From contig OX597821.1 in the NCBI GenBank assembly GCA_951406725.2, positions 58,962,001 through 59,026,000 of the forward strand: 64,000 nucleotides of DNA, read 5' to 3'. Shown here in pieces: positions 24,918 through 39,349 of the stretch (the first letter of the stretch is position 1; every line of letters begins with the position of its first letter). Both the position numbers and the translations under genes were made by a program. A model generated the notes under the pieces. The model was not told the DNA's origin and searched no databases. It saw nothing but the letters and a program-made list of their open reading frames with translations. The DNA is from Octopus vulgaris (taxonomy: Eukaryota).

Positions 24918-25151
24918 CAGGGTGGCCAAAAGTAGGTTTACGGTTATCATGTAGTTACTTTAAATTTCTTTTAAAACATTTTATTACATTTAAATTTCTA
25001 TCTTACAAACTAAAAAGGGAGCTTGACAAAATTATCTAAATTAGCATAAAATAATGGTTTCATATTTTTATATAATTAAGATCTAAACTGTTAATATATG
25101 AATGTGAAAGAGATAGATGAATAACTGTAAGCCTACTTTTGGGCCACCTTG
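24918..25151. mobile_element. Tc1/mariner-type MITE
   Basis: TIRs CAGGGTGGCCAAAAGTAGGTTTAC / GTAAGCCTACTTTTGGGCCACCTTG with TA on both sides. Confidence 0.85.
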
Positions 25152-26888
25152 TATATATGGGTGTGTGTGTATGACATGTCACACACTATCCGATTACCAA
25201 ATTCTCTCACAAAGCATTGGTCAAGCTGGGGCTATCGTAGAAAACACTTGCCTGGGACTGAACCTGGAACCACATGGTTGCAAAGTGAGCTTCTAAACCA
25301 CACTTCCACACTTGTGTCATATGAATTTTCGTTAAGGATCCTTAAAAAAAAAAAACTGTGGCTAGTGTTTTCTGTTATGAGACATCACTGTTTGAATAAA
25401 GATGATGGATGGAGACAATGAAGAGAGAGAGGTTGTAGAGTCTGATGGAAGACTTTACTGACACTTTGTCAGTTATGATGGCAAGGGTTTTAAGTGATCT
25501 GATCAACAAAACAGCCTGTTCATGAAATAAACATGCAGGTGGCTGAGGACTCCACAGACATATGTAATGTTAATGTAGTTCAGAGGAAGTCTCAGCATGA
25601 CATAGAATGTGACAAGGCTGGCCCTTTGAATCACAGATACAACTCAGTGGACTGGAACAATGTGAAATAAAGTGTCTTGCTCAAGGACCCAACTTGTCAC
25701 TGGGAAATGAACTCAGGACCTTAAAATCTTGGGCTGAATGCCCCTAGCCACAGAGCCACGTACCTTTATGATGAAAGACTTATATTCTTTTACTTGTTTC
25801 AATCATTTGACTGCTGCCATGCTGGAGCACCGCATTTAGTGGAACAAATCGACCCCATGGCTTGTTCTTTGTAAGTCTAGTACTTATTCTATTGGCCTCT
25901 TTTGCTGATCTGTTAAGTTATGGGGACGCAAACACACTAACATCAGTTATCAAGCAATAGTGGTGGGAACAAACACAGACACAAACATATATATATATAT
26001 ACGATGGGCTTCTTTTAGTTTCCGTCTACCAAATCTACTCACAAGTCTGGTCGGCCTGAGGCTCTATAATAGAAGACACTTGCCCAAGGTGCTATGCAGT
26101 GGGACTGAACCTGGAACCATGTGGTTGGGAAACAAGCTTTTTACCACACAGCCACACCTGCACCTTGTTAATAATGTTAATAATTAAATCTTCAGAACGA
26201 ATAAAAAAAAACTTAGAGGCAAACAACTTTGGTACAGCATCTCATAATTTGAAGAATTTTTGTACATGGAGCTATTTACTAGATGTGCTGCAGCCACACA
26301 TTTTCTTGACTGGCTTATTGCAAGGAAGTAATGGATGTGTCATATATGATATGCGGTATGTTGATAAGTAAACAAACTTGTCTTTGCTTTATCAGATGAT
26401 ATCAAGGAATAAATTCTGTTTGCTGTATGAATAGCATTGGAAATATTATTTGTAAGAAGGTATGTTGTTGTTTAGATTTAGTCAATGCCAGCTTTGTCTG
26501 TTCTTGTTATCTTCTTGCTCGTATCTTCTACCAATCTTGTTTTGGGATCTGACAAAAGTTCTTCTGATGGAATTTCTCAGTTATTACTATGCACTCTGAC
26601 CACCTGGTAAGTCAACATAGCGCCGCTGTGTGTAGTCAGTCAACTGATTGACTTGGAAACTACCATCTTTGCAAGAAGACCTGGTTTCCTTAAAGTTTTC
26701 ATACTTATCTCTAGTCTTGCAATAAACTTGACTTTGTGTGTGTGTGTGTGTGTGTGCCTGTCTGTCCCACATCTGAGTGGAAGAGGTTATCAGTTCTAAC
26801 TTGACTGAACTTATGTAAAACTTTCAAAGACTTGACTTTTAAAATTTTTATCCACCTATTTATTTACTTATTTTTTTCACTATTTCCT

Positions 26889-27118
26889 TTAACCCTTTTC
26901 GCATTCAAAACAGCCTTATCTGGCCCAAATATTCTACTTGTGTTATGTTCAGATTAGCCAGATCCAGTCTCTCACACTTACCCTATAATGTCATTCTAAA
27001 CGTAAATGATTACATTATCAAAAATCTCAAGGCTACAAGATAATGCATGGCTAATTCAAAACAATGTGAATAAATAAGCATTACATTTGAAAGAGTAATC
27101 TGAACGCTAAAGCATTAA
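26889..27118. mobile_element. TTAA-flanked ~225-bp MITE family (piggyBac-type)
   Basis: TTAACCCTTTT(A/C)GCATT termini. Homologous copies at ~31880-32101, 35466-35688, 41823-42043, 62090-62317 and a fragment at 58070-58110. Confidence 0.8.
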
Positions 27119-27383
27119 ATACCCAGATAGGTGTAATTACTAATTATGATATACATGCATGCTCACACACACACACACACACACACACTCTCTCTCTCTC
27201 TCTCTTATTCACACTCACTGATTCTTGCAATGATTCCTTTACTGTCTCTATTTCTCATTGGTTTTCTTCCTCCTGCTTCTCTCTTTCTCTCTCTCTCTGT
27301 TACACACACACACATATACCTTTTCCTAAATATCTTTCTCACTATCTGTCTTTCTTTCACATGCGCACACACACACACACACA

Positions 27384-27424
<41 letters not shown>

Positions 27425-27425
27425 A

Positions 27426-27475
<50 letters not shown>

Positions 27476-29524
27476 CACAGACATTTTCCCACATATTTAT
27501 CTTTCTCATGTACATTCACATCTCTAGCTTTCATGCACACACACACACTCTCTCTCTCTTTTCTTACTTATTCATTTTCCATCACCCCAACCATAACTTC
27601 TATGTAGATTTAGTATTAAGTTTTTACAAGTATATTTCCCAATCATTTCCTCAATTTGATGATTATTTCAGATGACTTTAGACTTATCATGACCTTCATC
27701 AGCTCCATCTTAGATAATATTATTTTAGCGATCTTAAATAACTTTGTTTCTCTTTAATAAAAAAAAAAATGTTTTCCTCTCTTAATAATTAATAAGCTGT
27801 CATTTATTTCATTTTTATAGATCCCCTTATTTTTTTAATCTCTTAATTTGACTTTTTCTGTTTTTTGTTCCTTCTTTGGTTCTTCTATTATTAGGTTTTG
27901 AAAATAAACTGTTTCTTGAAGACGTGATAACTTTTTTGTGGATATGACAATTTTGATGACAATAATTCTTTCCTTGTTTTATTTAATAAGATTAAACAAT
28001 CCTTGACCAGAAGAGGGTTTTTTTGTTTTCTTTTTTTTATCAATGTGTACACAAACACCCTGAAGAAAAGTTCTAATTTTAAACTTGCTTCATACAGCTT
28101 TGTTTTAGTATTATTATTATCTATTTATATATTCATATTATTAGCATGCTTGACACCATTTTGTCTGTCTTTACATTTTGAGTTGGAAATCTACCACGGT
28201 CGACTTTGCCTTTCATCCTTTCAAGGCCAATAAAATAAGTACCACTTGAGCACTGGGGTCAGTATAATCAACTTAACTCCTTCTCTGAAATTGCTGGCCT
28301 TGTACCAAAATTTGAAGTCATTATTATTATTATTATTGAGTGTGTGTGTATGTGAGAGAGAGTGAGTGAGTGGGTGGCTGAGTGAATGAGTGTGTGTGTG
28401 AAGGGCTTCTGTACAATTTTTGTCTACCAAATTCATTCACAAGGTATTGGTCAGCTTGGCACTGTAGTGGAAGTTGCTTTCCCAAGGTGCTGTGCATTGG
28501 GATTGAACCCAAAACTACGTGGTTGCAAAGTGAGCTCCTTTACCATGTAGCCTTCCCTGCACCTGTGAAATTTTACTAAGAACCCTGCCCAGGACATACT
28601 ATGTTGTCTAAATATGTAAATATGTCTTTATCCACAAAGCCACTAAATTCTTGCCTATAAACAAAATATTATATTTTTTTAAAGTATAGTTTCTAAAAAA
28701 ATGTGTACCAGTGCCTATTTTTAAAAATCTAGTTGTTGTTGTTTAATATCAAGTCAGCCCTGATTAAGCAAACCTTTTATTAATAGCATTTCATCTATGA
28801 GAAACCCATCTTTGGTATGTCTAGCATTATATTATTTAGTGGGCCTTTTAAGATGGGACAATGTGATTTGAAGGAAATTTGACTGCTATTTCTAAAAAGT
28901 TAAAGCAATGCCTAGATGCTCCCTATAAACTGTGCAATTGACTCAGTTTTCAGATGTTTTTAATCTGTAGTAATTTACAAGAATTGTGAAAATCTACTGA
29001 AAATATATAGTAAATGTTATATCTCATTTTATATGTGGGGCAAAACAAAAAGACTAAAAACTAATGCTGCATAAATAGATAAAAATCCTTTTTCTTTCTC
29101 ATCTAATGACATTGATATATTCAGGTAGTAATGGTTTTGACTGTTCAAAATGTTTTGAATTCGTAATTAACTGCTGCTTCTTTCAGGAAATGTTCATGAT
29201 TTTTTACCACATTCTTTGTTAGTATATACTTGGAAATAGTGAATTTTTTCTTCAGATAAAACATCTGAAGTCTGTCAAGACAAGCACTGTTATCTGATGA
29301 CTGCTTGTTTCATTTTGCAAACTAATCAATTAGCTCTAGGCTTAGAGAATTATTATAAATTATACTAATTCCTAAGAAATAGTTAATTTGTTGTAAAACA
29401 TTCAGTTGTTTCATTCTTTAATTATCACTGATGCACACTTCATACCTCACCAATGTCATTATTGTCGCCATCATTGATGTCATCATTTTAGCAAACATAT
29501 TTTCCATGGTACTACATGTTAGAG

Positions 29525-30000
29525 TGAAGGCATGTGACATAGTGGTTAGGATGTTGCGCTCATGATCACAAGGTCATGGTTTCAATTCCCAGTCCAGGTA
29601 GTTTGTTGGGTTCTTGAGCAAAACATTTTATTTCACATTGCTCCAGTCAGCTGTAAATGGGTTACCCTACAGCAGACTAGCATTCCATTCAGTGAGAATT
29701 TTCACTTATACATCATGGAAAGCAGGTGATCAGTTTATGGGTCCTAGGATTTGTGACAATAATATTCAGAAAAACATGTGGTTTAGTGGTTAGGGTCTTG
29801 GAGTCATGATTGTAAGATTGTGGTTTCACAGTTCCTGGACCGGGCGATGCATTGTGTTGTTGAGCAAAATGCTTCGTTTCATGTTGCTCCAATTCACTCA
29901 GCTGGTAAAACTGAGTATTCCTGCAATGATCCAGTGCCCTGTCCAAGGGAGAATACACACAGAAACCAGGAAACCGGTCCTGTGAGTCTATATGACTTGG
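29525..30000 (+). mobile_element. Two adjacent tRNA-derived SINEs (third family)
   Basis: A box TAGTGGTTAGG, B box GGTTTCAATTCCC, body TTGAGCAAAACATTTTATTTCACATTGCTCCAGTC. Reverse copies near 25600-25770 and 38170-38330. Confidence 0.7.
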
Positions 30001-30650
30001 GGAAGATCTTATCTGGGATCTAGAAAATTATATGTATTATGTGTCGGACCATGTCATTCTATGAATATCAATTATATGTCATCTTGTCATTGAAACTCAA
30101 CTTTTTAAATCTGAACTGTTTCCCCTGAGGTTTTTTTTTTTCCTTTCAATGAATAACTCCTGCTGTCAGTTTATATATAGAACCTTTGTATCATGCATAC
30201 TTCATTCGTTTTTTTGTTGTGTCCAAAACAGTGTCTCAGTCAACACTGCTAATAATGCCCAGTTATCTCAATTCACTCTTTCTCATTAAGTTTAACATGC
30301 ATATCCAGTAAACCATACTCAACTCATTTTCTATCATTCCAGTGTTATAGGGTAAAATCATTTCATTTTAACATCCACTTTTCCATGCCTGCATGGGTTG
30401 GATTTAGTTCTACTGTCACATGTTCTTCATGCCACTAACACTCACCATTTTCCCAGTAAGGTAATCTTTCTCCAAGGTTGGACATGTTTTCACAGAAGAT
30501 TGGAAACAAATGACACCACCTGTTTGATGGGGACACAACAATCATGTGATGTCAAGGCAAGGAGACTTTAGCTCACACATACAAGCACACAAAAAAAAAC
30601 ACACACACACACTCATATATAAACATTATATATATATACATTATATATAC

Positions 30651-30681
<31 letters not shown>

Positions 30682-30789
30682 CATATGTATTATATATATA
30701 TATGTGTGTGTGTGATGGATTCTCTTGTCATAAATAACAAATGAGGGTTCAGTAAAATAAAGTGTTAATCATGTTCTATGGACATGAAT

Positions 30790-31265
30790 GTGTCTCTTGA
30801 GGTCTGCTGGTGCCTTGCAAGCCTTTTGGCAAATGGAACAAGTTGAGGACTCAATTTGCTTTGAGTGCTTGTGGATCATTTGCTATGTGTTTTCTTGAGT
30901 GGACGGCAAGGCCTGCTTTGCTTTGTGCCACAAAACAACAATGACAGGTAAGGTTTCCATTTAGAGGAGCGACGTTTTGTCAGCATGACTTCATGCTTAC
31001 ACAAAGTTGGTTCCAATGTGAAGTCAACTTTTCTCAAATCTTTGAGCAGAGGAGAAGCAGGACTGGTGCCAGGTTCTGCATTCTGATGCTTTGTTTTCCC
31101 AGGCAGAAAGGGTAATGTTGCATCACTTCAAATGGTCTTTCAGGTTGTCTTTGAAGTACAAGAGTGGCCTTCCAACTGACCTTTCTGTTGGGAATTGGCT
31201 AAAAAGAAGTTGCTTTGGAATTCCAATATCACTCATATGTGAAAGATGACCAGATGATCTAAGCT
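30790..31265 (-). mobile_element. RTE LINE C-terminal fragment
   Basis: GHLSHMSDIGIPKQLLFSQFPTERSVGRPLLYFKDNLKDHLK, then the zinc-finger remnant TCHCCFVAQSKAGLAVHSRKH. Confidence 0.8.
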
Positions 31266-33473
31266 TGGTGTGTATATATATGTATATATACAAGCATGTG
31301 CACAAACACACATATATGACAGGTATATTTCAGTTTCTGTCTACCAAATCCACTCTCATGGCTTTGGTTGGCCTGGTGCTGTAGTAGAAGACACTTGCCC
31401 AAGGTACCACACTGTGGGAGTGAACCCATAACTGAGTGGTTGTGAAGCAAACGTTTTAACTACACAGTCAAGAAGAACACTGTGTTACTAACAGAGGATA
31501 AATCTTCTCTGAACATTTTACAACCCATACATGTCCAAATCTATTCTACTTTATTTCCAGTAGAATCACTGCTAACTCCAATTACAGCAAATAGTTAGCA
31601 GAATTGGTCCACAGTTTTCATCAAATCATCCAGTTAGTCTATTTTCTATTGTTTACATACAGCACACAACAGCTGACTTCCTGCATTCTCCTTTCCTGCA
31701 TAATGAGCAGGCCATTCCCTTTATGTTATCATACTTTTGTGTCTCTACAACTTGTTTATAATTTGTTCTTTATTATATTAAAATTTATCTTCACTTCAAA
31801 TTTCCTCTAACTCTTCAACTGCTTACAAGCTGGTCCAAACACTAGATGTTTCTCTATACACTGGATAAAGAAAAGGAGATTAACCCTTTAACATTCAGGT
31901 TATTCTGTCAAATTTAATGCTTATTTATCCACATTGTTTTGAATTAATCATGCATTATCTTATGGCTTCAAGATTTTGATGATGTGACTGTATATTTTTA
32001 GAATGATGTTGTAGGGTAGATGTGAGGGGCCAGATTTGATTAGTTTGAACTTAAAACTGGTAAGATATTTGGGCTGGATATGGTCAGTTTAAACCCCATT
32101 AAGAATATCTGATTAAAGCATTCTCCTGCCTGTGATCCTTATTTTATCTTGAAAAAATAAAGCAAAAATCACATGTATATTTCTTATCTCTGACTTTAAC
32201 CTTTTCATCAAATTTAGACAAATGTTAGACCAACTTCTTAAGTGAGGCTGTAAAATACAAGCAGCTAAGGCAGATGATGTGCAATGATTGGTGAAAACTG
32301 AGATGAGTGATCCATTGGATGAGCAACAATAATGCTAGCTTTTCTAAAACCAATATAGTTAGAGTAATATCTTTGGAAAATAAGAATTTCTCAGAAGTAG
32401 TAGTGGTGGCAGCTGCTGTTGTTGTTGTTGATGTTATTTACTGCTTTTAAAATATTTAGGATATTGCAGCTGCTCTCTCACGCGCACACACGCACACACA
32501 CATTCTCACATTGCATTAACAGATGCAACCAACATGCAACTATCACCCACAATCACTCCCTATCCCCTCTCCATCTCTTCTGTTACTACTTCAGCTACTC
32601 TAAACTGGGTGCAGGCTTGACTGTGTGGTTAAGAGGCTCACTTTGCAACCACATGGTTTTCAGGTTCAATCTTACTATGTGGCACCTTGGACAAGTGTCT
32701 TCTACTATAGCCCCATGTTAATGCTTTGTAAGTGAATTTAGTAGATGGAAACTGTATAGAAGTCCATTGCATCATACATATGTATGTATGTATATACATG
32801 TACACACATACACACATGTGTGTGTTTATGTTTTCTGCCTGTCTCCTCATTACTGGACAGCCTCTGTTGGTTTGTTTACATTTCTGTATCTTAGCGGTTC
32901 CTCAAAAGAGGCCAATAGAACAAGTACTAGACTTTAAATAAAATAATTACTGGAGTCAGTTTGCTCAACCTAAACCCTTTGAGGCAGTGGCACAATCTAA
33001 TGACTGAACCCAAGTGGAACCCACTCAGTAACCCTCTGGGACCTTCTTCCTGTCTATGTTTTCCCTGCAACATCCTCTGCAAGTTCAAACTGAACAGTTA
33101 TCTGCATCCAGGTAGGCCTGGAAATATTATGGCATCCTTTTCTCCTGCTTGGACTAAATAATAAAATCAAATTTCATATTTAATAACTTAGAAAACATTT
33201 TTATTTGAAATTTTTATTCAAATTTTATTAATTTTCAACTATATTTACATTTTGGACACTTCAGAATATATATATATACATTTTTTTTTTCAAAGGTAAT
33301 TTGCAGTGTCTCAATATTTTAGGATTAAGTAGCTGTTTTCATTTCATGCTATTCTAGCTTTGTGTTAAGTTTTCTTTTTGTCTGAACTAAATTAGTTGAC
33401 TTTCTAACTTTCTTCACTACTTCAGTGGAGGATTTAAAAGATTCTCTACAGCATGAAAATCACACACCCTCAC

Positions 33474-33550
<77 letters not shown>

Positions 33551-34144
33551 GTCCTACACTCACACTTTCTCCCTTTCTCTCATGCACACACACTTTCTCT
33601 TTCTCATTCTTACACTCACACTTTCTTTCTGTCTGTTTCTCTTTCTCCCATGCACACACACAGATATATATATATATACATCCACACAGAGGATAGTTTT
33701 CTCTTAAATCCAGTTGACTTGAATAAAGCATTGATGCAGAAATGCCTAATGTGCCAGGAAATTTTTTCTTTTCCTGTTCTTCTTTTTTATTTTGTTTTAT
33801 GTAATATTTTTTTCTTCGACTTTCTCTTTGTTCATCTATCTGCTTAGTTTAGGAAAACAAATTTTGGATAGTAGCTATTTAGTCCTTCCAAAGAATTAAC
33901 ACCAACAACGACAGCTAGGAGTAGTTGTGGTGGTGGTGGTGGTGGTGGTGTTGGTGGCGGTGGCAGCGTGTTTGTTGTCAGAAGTGAGTGTAACTCATTG
34001 CTTGTCTAACATTACATACCCCGCCACCTCCACCACCCTCTTAGTTCAAACCAAAAGGAAATATGTTACAGGGCACAGTCTGGGCAATATAAGAGGACAT
34101 GTCAAAAGCAACTTGGCACAGTTTTAAGCATTTAGTCTCTCTAG

Positions 34145-34233
34145 CAGTGAATTCAATCCTCTTGAATGTTGTATCCAAGTTACATTGCCATATGGGAAGG
34201 GCCGCACCCTCCCTGAGACGGTTAAACGGAAAG
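34145..34233 (+). CDS. Candidate exon (SEFNPLECCIQVTLPYGKGRTLPETVKRK)
   Basis: Acceptor tttagtctctctag, donor AAG|GTGAGG; open in phase 2 to 1, matching the 42800 exon. Opposite-strand splice signals compete with this reading. Confidence 0.35.
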
Positions 34234-36289
34234 GTGAGGAGGAAAAGAACGTTGTGTGGGATCACCACACTACATTTTGTAATCTGAGATTTTCAAGAAA
34301 TAGACGTTTAGGCTTGGGGAATTTTAGAAAAATATTCTTTCGTGTTTCAGTTATTCCTGACAATATTTTACTTAAAACTAACCTTTGAACACTTACTTGG
34401 TTCAGACTCTTGGAATCTTTAACCCGATTTTGTTGTTGTTATTGTTGTTGTCATTTATAATTTTACTCCTGAATATCTGACATTTTCGTTTTGATGTTTA
34501 TTTTAGAATTTGTCTGTTAATAATGTAAATTGAAGTAAAAATAAAAAATACAATTTTGGTTTTAAATTATCACAGTATAATTATTTTTGTTTGCTTTTGT
34601 TTTTGAGGTATTGATATTATAGTTTTAATTATAATTCTTTCTAAATTTGACATTTGACCAGCACTATTAAGACGGGTGAGGGTGAAAGTTGATTAAATCA
34701 ACCCCAGTATTTGACTGGTATCTTATTTTTATCAACCACAAAAGGGTGAATGGCAAAGTAACCTCAGCAAGATTTTTTTTTTTATTATAATAAAAAGAAA
34801 CATGTAAAATAGGTAATTCCCAGTCATTAAGGTGTTTAATTATGAAGAACAAATGATATAAACTGAGATTTAGTTGAATCATTTACGCAAAACTTTATTA
34901 AAAATCCTATCTAAAGTGACTTCACACCCATCTTCTGCCTTAAATCAATTAATTGTAGCCAGTACCTTATGTTGTTGATATATTTGTGGTATCTCAGATC
35001 CTCAGATTGGTAGTGCGTCTTTTGTTAATAATTATCAACATCAGACAGGCTGGTGTCAATAGACATGCCTACATCAGCACCTTTCAAACTAATCAACTAG
35101 TATAGCAGCCAGTTTATCTGACCAAATGCATTGGCATCACCAGTTGTGCCTACATCATCAACATTCAGGCCTATGCTATATTCACAGGTCTTTTGCTAGC
35201 ATTAATGAGTAGCTTTCTGGCAGGCATTGTTACAAATAGTTGTCGGGTATGCAACCTAATGAGAATACCAGCAGTGGTCACAACGTTTCTGGCAGTCGTT
35301 GGAGCAGTGATATCAACAGCAGATATAGCAACAATGGACTGTAGACAAGCTCTAAAGTATTTTACATTGCAGTGATGCTCAGCAGGCTAGTTATGACATA
35401 AAAAGAGAATAGAAATGGACAGCAGACATCCTGATACAGGCAACAATTGACCAGCTGTGAAGCCATTAACCTTTTAGCATTCAGATTACTCAGTCAAATG
35501 TAATGCTTATTTATTTGCATTGTTTGAATTAATGATGGCTTATCTCAAAGCTTTGAGATTTGAATGATGTGATTATTTTTAGAATGACTGTAGGGTAGAT
35601 GTCTGTGACTAGATCTAACTGATTTAACCATAAAATAGATAGAATATTTAGGCTGAATAAGGCCGGTTTAAATGCTAAAGGGTTTTAAGACACAGCTTTT
35701 ACCAACAACTTAGATATTGCCATGCAAAGAAACAATCAGCCCAATAATGATATATCCAATTTGCAAGCCTGTGACCAAATTCCAACAAAACAACCATGAG
35801 CTCACCAGACTACTTTTTCATAGCCAACAGTTTCCACTTATGATGCAAAACCTTTTTAACAGGATGTATGTTTTCTCAACAACACTGTACTAATATACTA
35901 TACAAAGACATACATACACACACATGTACAGACATGGTTGTGCAATTAAGGCGTTTGCTTCCCAACCACTTAGTTTTGGCTTCAGTCCCACTGTGCAGCA
36001 CCTTAGACAAGTGTATTCTATTATAGCCATGAGCCAGAGTGGATCTGGAAGATGGAAACTAAAAGAAGCTTGCCCTATTTAGAATTAAAATTGTTCAAAA
36101 ACCATTACAACACCCTTTGAAATAGAGGAGTGAATATAGTAGTAAAGAAGACAGAACAACAGCTTTACTTTATATTTTGATATTATAGGCTTTATACTCC
36201 TTTGTCTGAAAAAAAAATGGAAATCAATGTCAAGCTGGTCTAGATATGTGAGAGGAGATTGTGACAATGGTATTTTTTACAATAATTTG

Positions 36290-36800
36290 CCTCATGTAAC
36301 TCTAATCTGTCATTGATAGACCATCAGTTTATTAATGAGGATGGCCTCCCCTAATTATTGATGTTATGCTCTGTTGTCTCAATGGTAAACCATAAAGTCC
36401 TGCATGTGGCATTTCTCCAGGTGATTTCTTTTTATGATGTGTTTGTCTGCACGTGTTCCTTAATGCAGACATGTAATTTTCAGACAGTGCTTCCAATGTA
36501 GGAACCACCACATTTACAGTCGACTATTTGGTTTCCTACTGAGGCCTTCAGACACATGTTCTTATTGTTGATAGAGTACTTTGACAGTATGCACATCTCT
36601 TTGCTGTATGTTGGTTGATTTCCAGACAAGAACATCGTCATACCTTCAGTTCCACTCTATGAATTCTTATCATTGAAATATGGTAATGTTAGGAAGCACA
36701 TTCCAGTACAAACTTGGGCCTTCCTTTGATGTCTATTGTCTTGCTGACATTTGGTGAAAGACGGCAGATAGCTGTTATTTTATTTAACAGAACCCTTTGA
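36290..36800 (-). mobile_element. Penelope-like element fragment (GIY-YIG endonuclease region), decayed
   Basis: Reverse strand CFLTLPYFNDK (LPY at 36686-36678), then QIVDCKCGGSYIGSTV*KLHVCIKEH (YIG at 36500-36492). Confidence 0.72.
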
Positions 36801-38842
36801 AATCACTTGGTATTGATGGTTTTAACTGCTGCCTCATTACACTTGTTGCATATCCAGGAAATTTTTTTCTGTATGTATATGGCTTTGACTCTGGTGAGAA
36901 AGGCTGACTTGTGTGCACAAATAGGTCCCTACTGACTACTTTCCTGAAGAAATTGGCATTGATGGATCTCTGCACTGTAATCTAGAGCTGGAAATCAAGC
37001 AGAGAGAGGGATTCAGTGCCATTTATTTTCTTACTTGCACATTTCCGACTAGTCCAATACTATATTGATTTCTCTAGGTTTTATACTTTATTGGCATTTT
37101 AAAGCTGTCATATTTTGTATAATGGCTTTTGAAGTAGAATGTTCATTCCTATATCAAATTCTATGTGTAAAGAGAACAAATGATGATAATTTTTGTTGTT
37201 GCTGTAGGTACAAGGCCTTAAATTTTGGGGGAGAGGGCTAGTCAGTTACATTGACCACCATCACCCCTAGTGTTTATATCATCGACCCCAAAAGGATGAA
37301 AACCAAAGTCAACCGAGGCAGAATTTGAAATCAAAACATGAGTCAGAAGAAATGCTTCTAAGCATTTTTCCAATGTACTAATGGTTCTGCCAACTTGTGC
37401 CCATAAGAATGATTATTATTATAATCCTTTCTATGATAGGCACAAGGCCTGAAATTTTGGGGAGGGGACTAGTCGATTACATTGACCACAGTGTTCCACT
37501 GGTACTTATTTCCTCGACCCTGAAAGAATGAATGGTAAAGTCAACCTCAGTGGAATTAGAACTCAGAACATAAGGATGGACCAAATGTTGCTAAGCATTT
37601 TGCTCAGCATGCCAGCTCCTTGCCTTTATGACTATAATAATAATAATAATTATTATTATTATTATTATTATGACAATAATGAAGGTGATTAAGAACAGTT
37701 ATATTAATAATGTTAAAAGCAAGATAATATCAGTTCAATGAACAATAATTTTGTAGGCCATAATGATATTAAGAATATGTATAAATCACATCATTCTAAA
37801 GTCCACATCTAATTTCTTGGCAATTTCTTTCCTCATTTAAAGCTTAGGAGTTATTAAGCTCCACATTAACCCTCTAGTGAAAGGGAAAATATGCAATAAT
37901 TAGTCATGGTTGTTAAGTCAATAATAAAAACTTTAGTTGCCTGAAGTAGGTTAAAAATAAATCATTTCAGTGGAGCCCATCCCTCTCTAGACAGGGATCG
38001 GCTCCACTAGGGCACCACCTAGAAATAACTGGTAATCATGTGATCAACCAGACTATTGGATGTTGTTATACATTACTGGTCACAATGCGCTATGCATCGT
38101 TTTAGCTATTGAATGATACCCCTCTCTAGTTAAGCAAGCAAGCCAACATTCCCCTTGATTGGAAGGTTGGTTCATTGCAGAGGTACCTGTTTACAGCTGT
38201 GTGGACAGGAACAGCAAGAAATGAAGTATCTTGCTCAAGAACACAATGTGTAGCTGGTCTGGGAATTGAACCAATGATCTCACAGTTACGAATGCAATAC
38301 AGCTACCCACTAGGCCATGTGCCTTCACTATTTGCCAGAAATAGCTGATAAATGGCATAAATCAATTGAAATGGATCAAATATAGATTGAACCTATGTTG
38401 CAGACTTGGCTTTCTACCATTTTAGAGCAGATGCACAATCATTCCTTCACCTTTTGCAAGAACAGAGAATCTTTTAGATGTCATGGAAGTTCTCAGAACT
38501 TTTGATAATTAAACGAAGACTCATGCTTCTTTCATTTCACCAAAGCTTGCATTGATCAAATATCTAAGATAAACCTTATCTGTTATTTCTTGCAAGTTCT
38601 TTTGAAAGTGTGAGCTGATGTATCTGTCTTTTATCATTTACTTGTTTCAGTCATTAGACTGTGGCCATGGTGGGGTGCCACCTTCAAGGGATTTAGTCAA
38701 ACAAATCAGCTCCAGTACTTATCTTTAAGTTTATTACTTGTTCTATCAGTCTCTTTTGCCACACTGCTAGATTATGAGGACATAAATAAACCAACACCAG
38801 TTGAGAAGTGGTGGTGATGGGGGGGGACAAACATAGATGGAT

Positions 38843-39200
38843 GTTGGGCCTCATGGAGACAAGGTGGCTGAGTTCCTTTTGAGCGTTGGGCCTCAGGAGG
38901 CAAAGTGGCTGAGTTCCTTTTGAGTGTTTGGCCTCACAGAGGCAATAACCAAGACCTTTGGCATTATGTCATACTTGAGAAGAAGACTCATCAAGCCGAG
39001 CAAAGTTGCAGTTGTGGCAGATACCGGTGTCATGCAAATGGCACTCATGCCAGTGGCATGAAAAAGCACCCATTACACTCTCAGAGTGGTTGGCATTAGG
39101 AAGGGCATCCAGTCATAGAAAACCATGTCAAATCAGACTGGAGCCTGGCACAGCCTTCCAGCATGCCAGCCCAGTCAAGCCATCTAACCCATGCTGGCAT
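38843..39200 (+). mobile_element. RTE LINE 3' end with tandemly reiterated 5' junction
   Basis: About 2.5 copies of a ~42-bp unit (GTTGGGCCTCA..GAGGCAA.GTGGCTGAGTTCCTTTTGAG) precede QDLWHYVILEKKT and the conserved 3'UTR box. Confidence 0.75.
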
Positions 39201-39349
39201 GTTTTTCATTATCATACCACTACGTCAGAGACTATATTATATATGTATATATCATATATTTTAAAATGGCTTAGCTTGTTATGCAGAAAAGCAGTAGGTT
39301 ATAAACTCCATATACAGTACCCAAAGTAAGCTATGGGCACATAGGCAGA

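Noticed and set aside
26200-26730. Cys-rich decayed coding-like patch (KMCGCS) on the minus strand
   Set aside because: Too degraded to assign; multiple stops and no termini found.
35000-35460. Possible decayed gag-pol-like sequence
   Set aside because: Only a weak CRVC..GH hint with no complete motif; cannot be supported without a search.
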